Assembly: GCA_016839555.1 (NCBI GenBank)
Contig: JAEOUA010000003.1
Location: 320,001-384,000, forward strand
Length of the DNA stretch: 64,000 bases
Direction: 5' to 3'
Origin: Promethearchaeota archaeon
GTDB taxonomy: Archaea > Asgardarchaeota > Lokiarchaeia > Sigyniarchaeales > SOKP01
The translations under genes and the position numbers were made by a program. A model generated the notes under the pieces. That model saw only the letters and a program-made list of their open reading frames with translations. It was not told where the DNA came from and ran no database searches. Positions 1 through 9,742 of this stretch are shown here, one piece after another (within the stretch, counting starts at the first letter, position 1; each line of letters opens with the position of its first letter).

Positions 1-1003
1 AAGATTCATTTGCTAACGCAGTCATATAATCATAGGGATCAGCACCTTCTTCTTCTGCTTGTTGGCATTCAACTTGTCCTACTTGGTCTCTAAACCATCG
101 AAGCACAGCGCCTGTGGTGAATACGCTTGCTTCTTGAACCCATGCACCAGGGATTGCATGGCAACTACATAATACCCGCTTTTCTGGATCTAATTTGGGT
201 TCTTTTAAATATGCTAATATAAAACTTCCTGTACCCGTGGTACATTTGATATCACCTGCTTTACTCACACCTACCCCTAACGCTGCAGATTGCTGATCTC
301 CTGCGCCCGTAATCACTAAAGTTTTTTTATCAAAAGAAGTTTCATCAGTAACAATTTCTCCAATATCTACGCCACTTTCGACAGGTTCTGGCATCTTATC
401 GAGATCAATTTCTAATTTGGACGCAATATCTTCAGAATATCTTAGATTATTAATATCAAACAACATAGTTCTACTTAGATTACTAAAATCACTATAAAAT
501 TTCCCTGTAAGTTTATTAATAATAAAATCAGACACTAAGAGAAATTTATGAGTTTTGTTATATATTTCTGGTTTATTATCTTTAAACCACAAGATTTTTG
601 TGGCAGAAAAATAGGGATCAATGGTAAGCCCTGTAGTTTTATATATCTTATCAATTCCAACTTTTTGTTTAATAAATTCTACTTGATCTGTGGTTCTTCT
701 ATCTTGCCATACTAATGCATTATGTAGTGGATTACCTTCTTTATCAACAGGAACTATTGTCTCACGCTGATTAGTTATTGATAGACTTACGATTTCAGTA
801 CTATCAATCCCACTTTTTTTTAAAGCAGAATCAATAGTTTCTTTAATGGATTTCCACCATATATCTGCGTTCTGCTCCACGTAGGATGGTTTTGGATAAT
901 GGCTAGCCCATTCACGATAATCCCAAGCTAAAATAGTCCCCGAAATATCAAAAATATATGTGCGACACCCAGTAGTACCTAAATCTAAAGCAGCAACAAA
1001 CAT
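1..1003 (-). CDS. FGGY-family carbohydrate kinase (xylulokinase/glycerol kinase-like), 3' end truncated by window edge
   Basis: Not in ORF track. Manual translation from ATG at 1003 gives MFVAALDLGTTGCRTYIFD, then NQRET, WQDRRT, GAGDQQSAALG and GTGSF, all FGGY motifs. Confidence 0.9.
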   Translation of the reverse strand, partial: MFVAALDLGTTGCRTYIFDISGTILAWDYREWASHYPKPSYVEQNADIWWKSIKETIDSALKKSGIDSTEIVSLSITNQRETIVPVDKEGNPLHNALVWQDRRTTDQVEFIKQKVGIDKIYKTTGLTIDPYFSATKILWFKDNKPEIYNKTHKFLLVSDFIINKLTGKFYSDFSNLSRTMLFDINNLRYSEDIASKLEIDLDKMPEPVESGVDIGEIVTDETSFDKKTLVITGAGDQQSAALGVGVSKAGDIKCTTGTGSFILAYLKEPKLDPEKRVLCSCHAIPGAWVQEASVFTTGAVLRWFRDQVGQVECQQAEEEGADPYDYMTALANES

Positions 1004-1248
1004 TTAATTTAATTCCCTCTTGTTAGATGAATATAATATATTTAATAAATATTAAAAATAATTAAATTTCATTATTAATCAGATTATTATAATTTTACTT
1101 TTTTTTCGAGATAAAAATAAAATATAATCTAATTTTTAAAGACTACTACAGAATATTTTTATTGTCGAAATTTAATTATATAGGTATAAGTAAATATTTT
1201 TTTAGGTTAAAACCTAAATATAAATTATTTAACAAGGAATAGAAGAGC

Positions 1249-1668
1249 TTGATTGTTTTGTCAAATAAAGATACACTATCAAAATTAAAAGCAATTATTC
1301 AAGATTTTACAGATTCTCAAAGCGATGTCCAAGGTCAAATAGTAATAACCTATCCAGGAGGAGTCCCCATAGTTAATACTTGGAAGGGAGGAAAAATTGA
1401 TCCCATTTTAGTTGGAGCTATTTCTGCTGCGGTTAAGCTCACCTTTCGATATCTCTGTGAGCAATTGCGGAAAGGAATATTAAAAAAATTATTTATAAAT
1501 AGCGATTATGGACGAGTAATCATCCAGGATGCTGGTCCGAAAGCAATTTTAACTTCAATAATTGATAAAGAAGCAGATCTATTTAGAATTGCATTTGGTA
1601 TGACCAATCTTGCTATTGAACTCGAGAAATTATTAGAAGATTTCACATTGGAGGTGTCTGATATATAA
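1249..1668 (+). CDS. Roadblock/LC7 (MglB/LAMTOR-like) domain protein
   Basis: 139 aa with the roadblock pattern: N-terminal helix, IVITYPGGVPIV, helix GAISAAV..LRKG, then FINSDYGRVIIQDAGPKAILTSI and a C-terminal helix. Confidence 0.85.
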   Translation: MIVLSNKDTLSKLKAIIQDFTDSQSDVQGQIVITYPGGVPIVNTWKGGKIDPILVGAISAAVKLTFRYLCEQLRKGILKKLFINSDYGRVIIQDAGPKAILTSIIDKEADLFRIAFGMTNLAIELEKLLEDFTLEVSDI

Positions 1669-1670
1669 AG

Positions 1671-2663
1671 ATGAGTGAGATCATTCAAGAGTATAATTTA
1701 CTCGGGTATTTACAAGAAATAGAAAAAGTTACAGATTTAAATGGATGTTTTTTCATTAATGCGAAGGATGATATTGTAATTGAATCAACGATACCATTTA
1801 GAGTTCCAGATGAAATTCTATGGGAAATAGGGGTTTTACGCGACACTTTTAGGCAATTTTCTAATGGTATAAACCACGGGAAACTTAATGAACTTATGAT
1901 TGAAGGGAGTAAGGGTTATATTTTATTATATGATATTCCTCCTCATTTATTATTGCTTGCTCTAGGATCAGATGATATGAATTTATCATATGTAAGACTC
2001 GCGATGATTGATATTTTAAAAAGGATTAGAGAAGAGATCGCAAAAATCGGAGATAACATTTTAAAAATTCCCGGAAAAGACTTAGGAGCATTAGGAGTAA
2101 AAGAGGGGATTGTACCTACTCTTGTAACTATCACTGAACCTGTAGAAACTCAACCACAACCTCCTAGTATTAAGGTGCCCCCTAAGATTGAAGCTGTTGA
2201 AAAAGAGCCTGTAATATCTCAAGCCGAGATGGAACCAATAGAGCCAGAACAACCTATAGCAGAAAAAGTTGAAATAGGAATTATAAAAGCTGAATTAGTT
2301 GAATCAATTGAGGAACCTTCTTTTGAAGAAAAATTACCCACATTCGAAATAGTTGAAGAAAGCCTAGAAGCTATGATAAAATCATTAGAAATTAAGGAAT
2401 TGAAAGAGAGATACCAAACACTTGGATCAATATTTAATGGATTGAAAGCTCAACTTGAAGAAATTACTGGAAATGAATTAAGTAAATTACTTGAACAATT
2501 AAAAGATGCGATTTTATTAAATATAGGTACTTCTCTTGCCCTTTTTGATATTTCAAAAGCCGAAAAAGAGTTAAATAAATTAAATAGAAAATTGGGTATT
2601 GCAGAAATACAACAATATAAAAATAGAATAGATAATTGGTCAAGTAGAATTATAAAAATATGA
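1671..2663 (+). CDS. Roadblock-like domain + Pro/Glu-rich linker + C-terminal helical domain
   Basis: N-terminal ~125 aa contain GKLNELMIEGSKGYILLYDIPPHLLLLALG..NLSYVRL (roadblock). Low-complexity P/E linker, then ~95 aa amphipathic helices ending RIDNWSSRI. Confidence 0.75.
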   Translation: MSEIIQEYNLLGYLQEIEKVTDLNGCFFINAKDDIVIESTIPFRVPDEILWEIGVLRDTFRQFSNGINHGKLNELMIEGSKGYILLYDIPPHLLLLALGSDDMNLSYVRLAMIDILKRIREEIAKIGDNILKIPGKDLGALGVKEGIVPTLVTITEPVETQPQPPSIKVPPKIEAVEKEPVISQAEMEPIEPEQPIAEKVEIGIIKAELVESIEEPSFEEKLPTFEIVEESLEAMIKSLEIKELKERYQTLGSIFNGLKAQLEEITGNELSKLLEQLKDAILLNIGTSLALFDISKAEKELNKLNRKLGIAEIQQYKNRIDNWSSRIIKI

Positions 2664-2683
2664 AGAGGTGAAAAATAGAAAAT

Positions 2684-3181
2684 ATGAGTTTGATGATATA
2701 TACAATTGATGGGAAGGATATTGTACCTGTTAATGATATTAAATTAAAAGAAGATAAAATCTATATAATAATTGATATACATGCGAAACGTCCGAAAATA
2801 TGGATTTGGAGTGGGGCAAACTCGAGTATGATAGATAAATATCATGCAGGCGTGAGTGCAACCAAAATTAAATCCAGAAAAAAATTATATGGAGCAAGTA
2901 TTGAAGTAGTGGAAAGTGGAGCAGAACCAGAACAATTTCCCAATTTGTCTGAGGCACAACTAATAGAAGCGACTGAAGAAGAATTTGAAGAAAAATTACG
3001 TATATTTGAACCAAAAATAGAAGAAATATCAGCTTCTCAAGAAATGCCTGCAATTAAATCAGAAATGATGGCTCAAACAGATAGAGAGAGCAAGAATAAA
3101 TTGAAAAAATTTTTGAGTGAAATTTCAAGAGATCTAAATAATATTAAACAAAAAATAGATGATTTTATCCAAAATATATAA
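2684..3181 (+). CDS. Single gelsolin-repeat protein with C-terminal coiled coil
   Basis: Gelsolin consensus: IYIIID..IWIWSGANSS..KYHAGVSATKI..IEVVESGAEPEQF. Heptad-like C-terminus. Confidence 0.8.
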   Translation: MSLMIYTIDGKDIVPVNDIKLKEDKIYIIIDIHAKRPKIWIWSGANSSMIDKYHAGVSATKIKSRKKLYGASIEVVESGAEPEQFPNLSEAQLIEATEEEFEEKLRIFEPKIEEISASQEMPAIKSEMMAQTDRESKNKLKKFLSEISRDLNNIKQKIDDFIQNI

Positions 3182-3217
3182 AATATTAAATAATAAAAAA
3201 TCTAAAAGGTAAATAAA

Positions 3218-4537
3218 ATGATTGATGCAGGAGTAGCTTTAACAACCGAATTTGATGGTTATAAAGCAGGTAGGATTGTTATTAAGGAAGCATTAGGAGG
3301 TATTAGTCTAAAACCAAAATTAGCGATCCTAGCTGTGGACTCTTTATCACGTGTACAATATAATTATAATGAAGTATTAAAAGGTGTAAGGGAAGAGCTT
3401 GGTTCAGATGTAACTTTAATTGGTAGTACTGCTAATGGTATTTTAGTAAACAATAGATATGCATTTAGAAGTGTTGGGTTAATGTTAATAGGTGGTGATA
3501 TAAATATTGATATTTCTTTTAATTACCCTGAATCTAAATTGGATTATGAGAATATCGCAAAATCGATATATCAAAGAAGCAGTGGATTACTCCCAAAAGA
3601 AAATCGATTCATGTTGATGTTTCAAGATGGATATAAATTTCCACCTGAGGTATTTAAGAAGCAAGAAATGTTAAATATGAGAATTATATCGTTAATGTCT
3701 GGATTAGTATCTCGATTCTTTAAAAAGCAACTAGATGATTTTAAAGAAGATGGAATGGGGTTGACAAGTGCTCAAGAATTGTTAGAAAGCTTATATAATA
3801 AAGGTTTTGATTTACCGATAGTGGGAAATGTTGCTACTGATGTTCGAAACTATGAATCTGTTGAATTTTATAACGATCAAATTGGAGATGACAATATTGT
3901 TGGGGTTATTTTATCTGGAGAAGGAGCGACAAAATTTGGATTTGGATTTGGTGCAGGAGCAGAATCTACAGGAAAAACCTTAAAGCCAACTAAAAAAATT
4001 GGTGGCTTTTTCCTAAAAATTGATGGAAAACCGGCATTAGAAGGATTTTGTAATGCAGCAAGTATAAAATTAGAATCATTAGAGCAATTAAGACCATACG
4101 GGTACCAAAATCCTTATGTTTCTTTAGGATTTAGAGAGAAAAGTAATGGAGAGGAGATTATTCATCTTTCAGGGCTTCTTACAAACCCTAATTTATCAAA
4201 TCTGGTAACCACTAGTTTCCCATTTAATTATAAAATACCCGAAGAAATTGAGATTTTTAGGAGCAATATTAAAGTACTTAAAAGAACTACGGAAAGTGCG
4301 ATAAATCAAGCTATAGAAAATATCTCTAAACCCAAATTTCTGCTTGGATTTGATTGTTTTAATAGGGCCATGTCTTATGGAGATATGATGCCTGAAATAA
4401 TTGAAAAAATCGATGATACTGTTGGTAAAGATCTCCCTCGAATGATTTTTGGTGCAGGTGGTGAAATATTTGGTAAGAAAGATTTAGGATACTATAATAA
4501 TAATATGACATTTGTTACTTTAGCGGGTGGAGAATAA
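3218..4537 (+). CDS. FIST N/FIST C domain sensory protein
   Basis: LIGSTANG, IDGKPALE, FDCFNR and C-terminal GGEIFG..YNNNMTFVTLAGG are typical FIST motifs. Confidence 0.8.
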   Translation: MIDAGVALTTEFDGYKAGRIVIKEALGGISLKPKLAILAVDSLSRVQYNYNEVLKGVREELGSDVTLIGSTANGILVNNRYAFRSVGLMLIGGDINIDISFNYPESKLDYENIAKSIYQRSSGLLPKENRFMLMFQDGYKFPPEVFKKQEMLNMRIISLMSGLVSRFFKKQLDDFKEDGMGLTSAQELLESLYNKGFDLPIVGNVATDVRNYESVEFYNDQIGDDNIVGVILSGEGATKFGFGFGAGAESTGKTLKPTKKIGGFFLKIDGKPALEGFCNAASIKLESLEQLRPYGYQNPYVSLGFREKSNGEEIIHLSGLLTNPNLSNLVTTSFPFNYKIPEEIEIFRSNIKVLKRTTESAINQAIENISKPKFLLGFDCFNRAMSYGDMMPEIIEKIDDTVGKDLPRMIFGAGGEIFGKKDLGYYNNNMTFVTLAGGE

Positions 4538-4761
4538 CTAATCTCTTTCCCATCAAAAAGAATTTTTTTTATTCTTATTTTAAATTTCTTTTTTATTTTT
4601 ATAATATTAGTTTAATTTTAAAAAATTTATATTTTAACCTTCGAAGTCACTAATTTATTTAAAATAATTAATATCTATTAATTATTTTTAAATTTATCTA
4701 TTTCATATCATTTAAATATCCTTATTATCTTTTCTTTATACAAAATTAAGGGTATGATTAA

Positions 4762-5937
4762 ATGAAAATTGATGATATTTTAGAAAAAGGACTACAAGAT
4801 TTCAAAAAGGAAGATCAAACTGGCGTAAAAAATGATTTATTTAAGGCAATCAAGGAATCCCTAATGCATCAGTTTAAAGGATGTGATTTATACAGGCAAA
4901 TATGTAAACAGCAGAATTTCAATCCTAATACAGATTTAAAAAGTTTAGATGATTTAGCTATGATACCCTACATAACGACAGCTAATTTTAAGCAAAAGAA
5001 AGGATCTCCCAAGAAGTTCTTAACTGTACCTGAAAGTGAAATTCAAATCTGGTCGAGATCAACAGGCACATCAGGAGATCCATCTATTGTAGGGAGAGAT
5101 CATACAAATATAGTAAGATATGTTAATATGTTTAGTAATGTAATAGAAGATGTTGGATTAGACAATTACTATTGGAGTCTTATGTTTATTCCTGAACCCC
5201 AAAAAGAATATAGCATTGATGATAAAATTAAAGACCCAACGATCATGTTCTCGCTAATGATGCATTTTGTGAATACATCTGAAGAGAAGGTGTTTTGCTT
5301 GAAGATGCCCAGCCCAGAAGAAATGAAACAAGGGAAAAAAATTGAATTTGATGCACAAAAAACATTCGGTTTCTTAAATTCAAATCCATCACAAAAAGGA
5401 ATAGGGTGGATAACTGGTTCGGTACCTTTAATGTATAAGATTCTATCTGGGTATCACCAACAAACAGGGCAGACTTTTAATGTAGGTAAAAAATCAGTTA
5501 TTTTAACAGGAGGAGGATGGAAAACATTTCAGGGAGATGCAATTTCTCCTGAAGAATTCAGAAGAGATATGGCTAAAATCCTTGGGATCTCTGAAAAGAA
5601 TGTGAGAGATATCTATAGTTTTTCCGAATCAGATGTTATTTTTGTAGAATGTGAAGAACATAATAAACATACTTATCCTTGGCAAGATATAATTGTTAGG
5701 GATGTGGAAACCTTAGAACCTGTAGAAATAGGAGAAAAAGGCTTAGCAAATCTAATAAATCCTCTTGCCCATAGTTATGCCGGCGTATCAATCCTCCAAG
5801 ATGATATCATACGAATTGTAAGTGAAGATGACTGTCCATGTGGAAGAAAGGGTAAGATTATTGAAGTTATTGGTAGAGCAGAAGGCGCGGAAGCAAAAGG
5901 TTGTGGAGTACAATTAGCAGATGAAACTGCAACATAA
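4762..5937 (+). CDS. luxE: LuxE/PaaK-like acyl-protein synthetase (long-chain fatty acid ligase)
   Basis: SRSTGTSGDPS loop, TGGGWK, DIYSFSE, CPCGRKG and C-terminal AEAKGCG carrying the acyl-acceptor Cys. Confidence 0.85.
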   Translation: MKIDDILEKGLQDFKKEDQTGVKNDLFKAIKESLMHQFKGCDLYRQICKQQNFNPNTDLKSLDDLAMIPYITTANFKQKKGSPKKFLTVPESEIQIWSRSTGTSGDPSIVGRDHTNIVRYVNMFSNVIEDVGLDNYYWSLMFIPEPQKEYSIDDKIKDPTIMFSLMMHFVNTSEEKVFCLKMPSPEEMKQGKKIEFDAQKTFGFLNSNPSQKGIGWITGSVPLMYKILSGYHQQTGQTFNVGKKSVILTGGGWKTFQGDAISPEEFRRDMAKILGISEKNVRDIYSFSESDVIFVECEEHNKHTYPWQDIIVRDVETLEPVEIGEKGLANLINPLAHSYAGVSILQDDIIRIVSEDDCPCGRKGKIIEVIGRAEGAEAKGCGVQLADETAT

Positions 5938-5952
5938 TTTTTTTTTTTTTTT
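5938..5952 (+). terminator. Oligo(T) archaeal terminator-like tract
   Basis: 15 consecutive T immediately after the luxE stop codon. Confidence 0.55.
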
Positions 5953-6057
5953 AATTAAAGAGAATTTTCTATACATTGTTGAAACTAAAATCTTTTTTTC
6001 ATTTTATTTTATATTTATTAAAGGATATTATTAATATTATTATAAAGTGAATTAAGA

Positions 6058-7770
6058 TTGAAGAGAAAATTAAAAATACCGGGATTTATTTTTAAGCCGG
6101 TCTATTCTGAAAATACTACAAAAGAAATAGTAAAACGACAAGATGATGTATTAGAATTCGATTTTCCTATATTCGATAAAAAGACTGTATTAGATACTGC
6201 AGAAAAACTAGCTTTAAGAAAAAGAAGAGCTCATGATAGGGATTTGAATGAATTATTTGAAATAATGGATCAAGTAGGTGACTTATGGCTTGATCCTAAT
6301 TATGACCTTAGAAAAGAGGTCTTAGAAGTCATTCCTATGATGACGGGACAATCAAGAGAATTATGTGAAATCGAATTTTTAGGGACAATTAGACTTTGGA
6401 ATAAGAAGAACTCGGAATTACAATTAAAAGGCGAAATAGGAGGAAAAGAATACTTAGAAGATTGGGTTCAGAGAGGAACTGCAAGAATGCATGCACAACC
6501 TAGAGGAGTTGTCCTTCATAATTTGGCGGGAAATTCATTCGGTTTGGGTCCTACCTCTCTATCATATGGTTTAATAACTAAAAATGTAAATCTAATAAAA
6601 CTTTCCCATCAAGAACCCTATGTATCTGTTAAATTATGTGAATCTATTGTAGAAGTAGATAAGAAATTATCAAAAGAAATAGCTGCATTTTATTGGAAAG
6701 GAAGTAGAGGAGATATTTATGACGATCTATTTAATTCCGGTAATATTAATTGCGTTCTCGCATGGGGTGCCATCCAATCAATCGAAGATATTAGAAGGAG
6801 AGCGAATCGTTATGGTATAAAAATAATAGATAATGGTCCTAAACTTTCCTTCAGTGTTCTTTCAGAAGATACTTTTAACAATAAAAATATTATGCAAGAA
6901 ATAGCTCAAAAAATAGCAATCGATGTAGTATACTGGAATCAGAGAGCGTGTTTAAGCCCCAGAGTTATTTATATTATAGATAAGCCTCATAAATCAGCAA
7001 TTTCGAATAATATAAATAATAATTTATCAAAAGACAATAATAATGAATTATTGAATGATTCATCAATAAACACCTTATTTGCAGATTCTATTAATACAAT
7101 TTTTCATACTAATGAATCTGGACGTTATGATATGAGTATTCTCATGAAACGTTCCTTAAAAATGCTCAGATATAGTTTTTCTGAATTATCTGCCATGGGA
7201 TTTGCAAAAATGTTAGCAAATGGGCTAAGAAATGCTGACCAGATGCTTCCGCGTGCAAATTTGACCCAAACAGATAATTTAGAAATGCAAAGAAAACGAG
7301 AATATTTCTTTATAAATTACGTTACTCAAAAAAGAGCAATAATTTTATATCCTCCTAAAAATAAATTAGATTGGACTGTTGTATTCATGCGGACCTTACC
7401 TAATCTGAAGGAAATAAATATGTGCCAAGATAGATTTGTGATTTGTTGTAGAATCTCAAGTATTCAAGATTTAATCTATTCAATAAGAAAACAAGAGTTA
7501 CAACAATATTTACAAACTGTTGCTATATATGGTAATGATAATTTTGTAAAGGATGTTGCCGAAGAACTGTCAATTTTAGGCGCATTTAGATTTCCAAGGG
7601 CAGGAGAGCATAATTTGAATGACTTCGGTCTTCCATGGGATGGTAAATATGTTTTGCAAGATATGATAAGATGGTGTTATATTTGTTTTCCTGAAGAGCA
7701 ACCCATGGGAAATAATAATAAACAGAGCTCACTTTTTAAAGGAAAAACCTATCCTGAAAGAAATCAATAA
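6058..7770 (+). CDS. luxC: LuxC-like acyl-CoA reductase (ALDH superfamily) with Asn-rich insertion
   Basis: PRGVVLHNLAGN, AWGA, GPKLSF, QRACLSP (Cys298), YLQTV and PWDG. Adjacent to luxE. Confidence 0.85.
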   Translation: MKRKLKIPGFIFKPVYSENTTKEIVKRQDDVLEFDFPIFDKKTVLDTAEKLALRKRRAHDRDLNELFEIMDQVGDLWLDPNYDLRKEVLEVIPMMTGQSRELCEIEFLGTIRLWNKKNSELQLKGEIGGKEYLEDWVQRGTARMHAQPRGVVLHNLAGNSFGLGPTSLSYGLITKNVNLIKLSHQEPYVSVKLCESIVEVDKKLSKEIAAFYWKGSRGDIYDDLFNSGNINCVLAWGAIQSIEDIRRRANRYGIKIIDNGPKLSFSVLSEDTFNNKNIMQEIAQKIAIDVVYWNQRACLSPRVIYIIDKPHKSAISNNINNNLSKDNNNELLNDSSINTLFADSINTIFHTNESGRYDMSILMKRSLKMLRYSFSELSAMGFAKMLANGLRNADQMLPRANLTQTDNLEMQRKREYFFINYVTQKRAIILYPPKNKLDWTVVFMRTLPNLKEINMCQDRFVICCRISSIQDLIYSIRKQELQQYLQTVAIYGNDNFVKDVAEELSILGAFRFPRAGEHNLNDFGLPWDGKYVLQDMIRWCYICFPEEQPMGNNNKQSSLFKGKTYPERNQ

Positions 7771-7802
7771 TATAATTTATTCTTATAAATGAATTCAGAC
7801 CA

Positions 7803-9623
7803 TTATACTAATAATACATCTAAAAATTTTTCTATATAGTGAGATTGTCCCTCTTTTTTGTAATTAAAAATTATTTTTATATTAATCATTTTGGGATTAG
7901 TCCCTCTATCAGTTTTTTTTTCAAAATTATATTTTAAAATAAGATTCTGGTTTGGCTCTAATTTCATCCCTCGTTCTTCTTGATTTTCACTCGAAATGTT
8001 GAATATTTTAACAGGGTATTTAATATCTATATTTAAATTTTCGATTAAAACTCCAGAGATATTACGAATATGAATAAATAATTTTATGTCATAATCATCA
8101 GACCCTTCTAATTTTTCAGAGATCTTCCATTTCTTCAAAAATAAAAGATCTTCAACCTCAAAAGCGGATGAGGTATCAGCGGCTATAATATTATTAGATA
8201 TTATTGCATTCAAATCTCCTTTTTCTATGAGTTTTTCTATATAAGGTGTAAATTTTTCTTCATTTATATGAAATTTTTCAGATATTTCTTTAATATTAAT
8301 AGGCCCCTCTACTAATTTAGCTTCTATCCATTTTTTTACTTTTGAAAAACTAAGTTCGGGTTTTTTCTCTAACATAAAATCTAATAATAATTTTCGTTTC
8401 CTCTCCGAGTCTCTGTTATCAATGAAATCAATCTCATTTAGTATTTGATAACAATGTAAATATATATTATCTTGTAAGTTCGCTTTTAATATTGATTTTA
8501 ATTTAATGTAATTCTGTGAGTTTAAATTCTCTAATATTTTTTTAGTTAACTTAGAGATTAAAGAATTCATTAATTTCGGATTGGATAAATTTATTTTTTT
8601 GATGACATTATTTAAAGTTCTAATCATAGCATCTGAATCAGGATTAATTATTTTAAATAGGTGATAAAACCGCTCAAATTCATTTTTAATTACTGAAGTT
8701 TTCAGAATTTCTTCAATTGGATCCACATTGTCTAACTCACCGTTTTCTATGACTTGGAATAATGCATCATCAAATATTCCTTTATGATACTCTAAAATTT
8801 CTTCAATTATATCCTCTATTGCCTCTCTTACTAAATGATCTTCATAATCTAATAGATGGAGTAAATCTCTTGACAATGGTTTAATTAAATCTTTTCTATG
8901 AAGTCCCAATTTTCCAATTAAAAAGATTATATTCTCTTGAGTTGGCCATTCATTATTCAGAAGTGAATTTATTAATTTTTTAAGATCCTCAACTGTATAT
9001 GTTTTTATAAATAATCTTAATAACAAATCCAAACCTTCTTTTTTTACATCAACATCTTTTTCACTATAAAGTATTTTTAATTGTTCTTCAAAGCCTTTAA
9101 TAAAAGTTGGTTTATTAATAAGAACCTCATCTAAGAACTGGATTATTTCCATCCTTACATTCCAGGATTCGTCTGTTAAACTGGATATCAGTGCTTTAAT
9201 CATCCTTTTTTCTTTATTTGTTAGGTTATAATATAATTTTATTAAAAATCCAACAACTTTCTCTCTAATCCCTAATTCAAAATCTTCAATCTTAGATGTG
9301 AGTAAATCTATTTCTTTATAAATAGATTCCATTTCTCGATTAATTTTTTTCGAGAAAATTTTTATTGCTAAATCCTGAATCGTTTCATCATAATCATCAA
9401 TCCAAGGTTTTATCTTTTCAAGCTGTTCATCTGATAAAAATGCTCCTTTTTTTTGAAGTTCCGTGATTCCTTCTAAGATCTGTGGAAATGATGTATAATT
9501 ATCTTCATTCAGTAAAGAAACTAGGTCATTTAAGGCACTTTGAAATTCTCCTAATTCCATTTTTTTTTTAATGTCAGTTAAATCGATCTCTGTAATTTCT
9601 ATCAACTCCTTTTTAATAGTCAC
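7803..9623 (-). CDS. HEAT-repeat protein with PCI-like winged helix and C-terminal Ig-like beta domain
   Basis: HEAT motifs LTDESWNVR, EKDVDVK and YEDHLVREA. Winged helix INIKEISEKF..IEKLIEKGDLNAII. Beta-rich C-terminus IHIRNISG..KLEPNQ. Confidence 0.7.
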   Translation of the reverse strand: MTIKKELIEITEIDLTDIKKKMELGEFQSALNDLVSLLNEDNYTSFPQILEGITELQKKGAFLSDEQLEKIKPWIDDYDETIQDLAIKIFSKKINREMESIYKEIDLLTSKIEDFELGIREKVVGFLIKLYYNLTNKEKRMIKALISSLTDESWNVRMEIIQFLDEVLINKPTFIKGFEEQLKILYSEKDVDVKKEGLDLLLRLFIKTYTVEDLKKLINSLLNNEWPTQENIIFLIGKLGLHRKDLIKPLSRDLLHLLDYEDHLVREAIEDIIEEILEYHKGIFDDALFQVIENGELDNVDPIEEILKTSVIKNEFERFYHLFKIINPDSDAMIRTLNNVIKKINLSNPKLMNSLISKLTKKILENLNSQNYIKLKSILKANLQDNIYLHCYQILNEIDFIDNRDSERKRKLLLDFMLEKKPELSFSKVKKWIEAKLVEGPINIKEISEKFHINEEKFTPYIEKLIEKGDLNAIISNNIIAADTSSAFEVEDLLFLKKWKISEKLEGSDDYDIKLFIHIRNISGVLIENLNIDIKYPVKIFNISSENQEERGMKLEPNQNLILKYNFEKKTDRGTNPKMINIKIIFNYKKEGQSHYIEKFLDVLLV

Positions 9624-9742
9624 TTTTCTTTATTTTTTCTTAAAACAATTTAGAATTGTTTTATTTTTTATAGAATTTATATTAATTATTGTTTTTCTAT
9701 AAAGAATAAAAAATTCGAAAATTAAATTTTTCCTATTTTGTT

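Noticed and set aside
6979-7191. Intein in LuxC
   Set aside because: No C/S start with a terminal HN-C/S/T splice motif, and too short.
4762-7770. Bioluminescence operon
   Set aside because: No luxA, luxB, luxD or luxG in the window.
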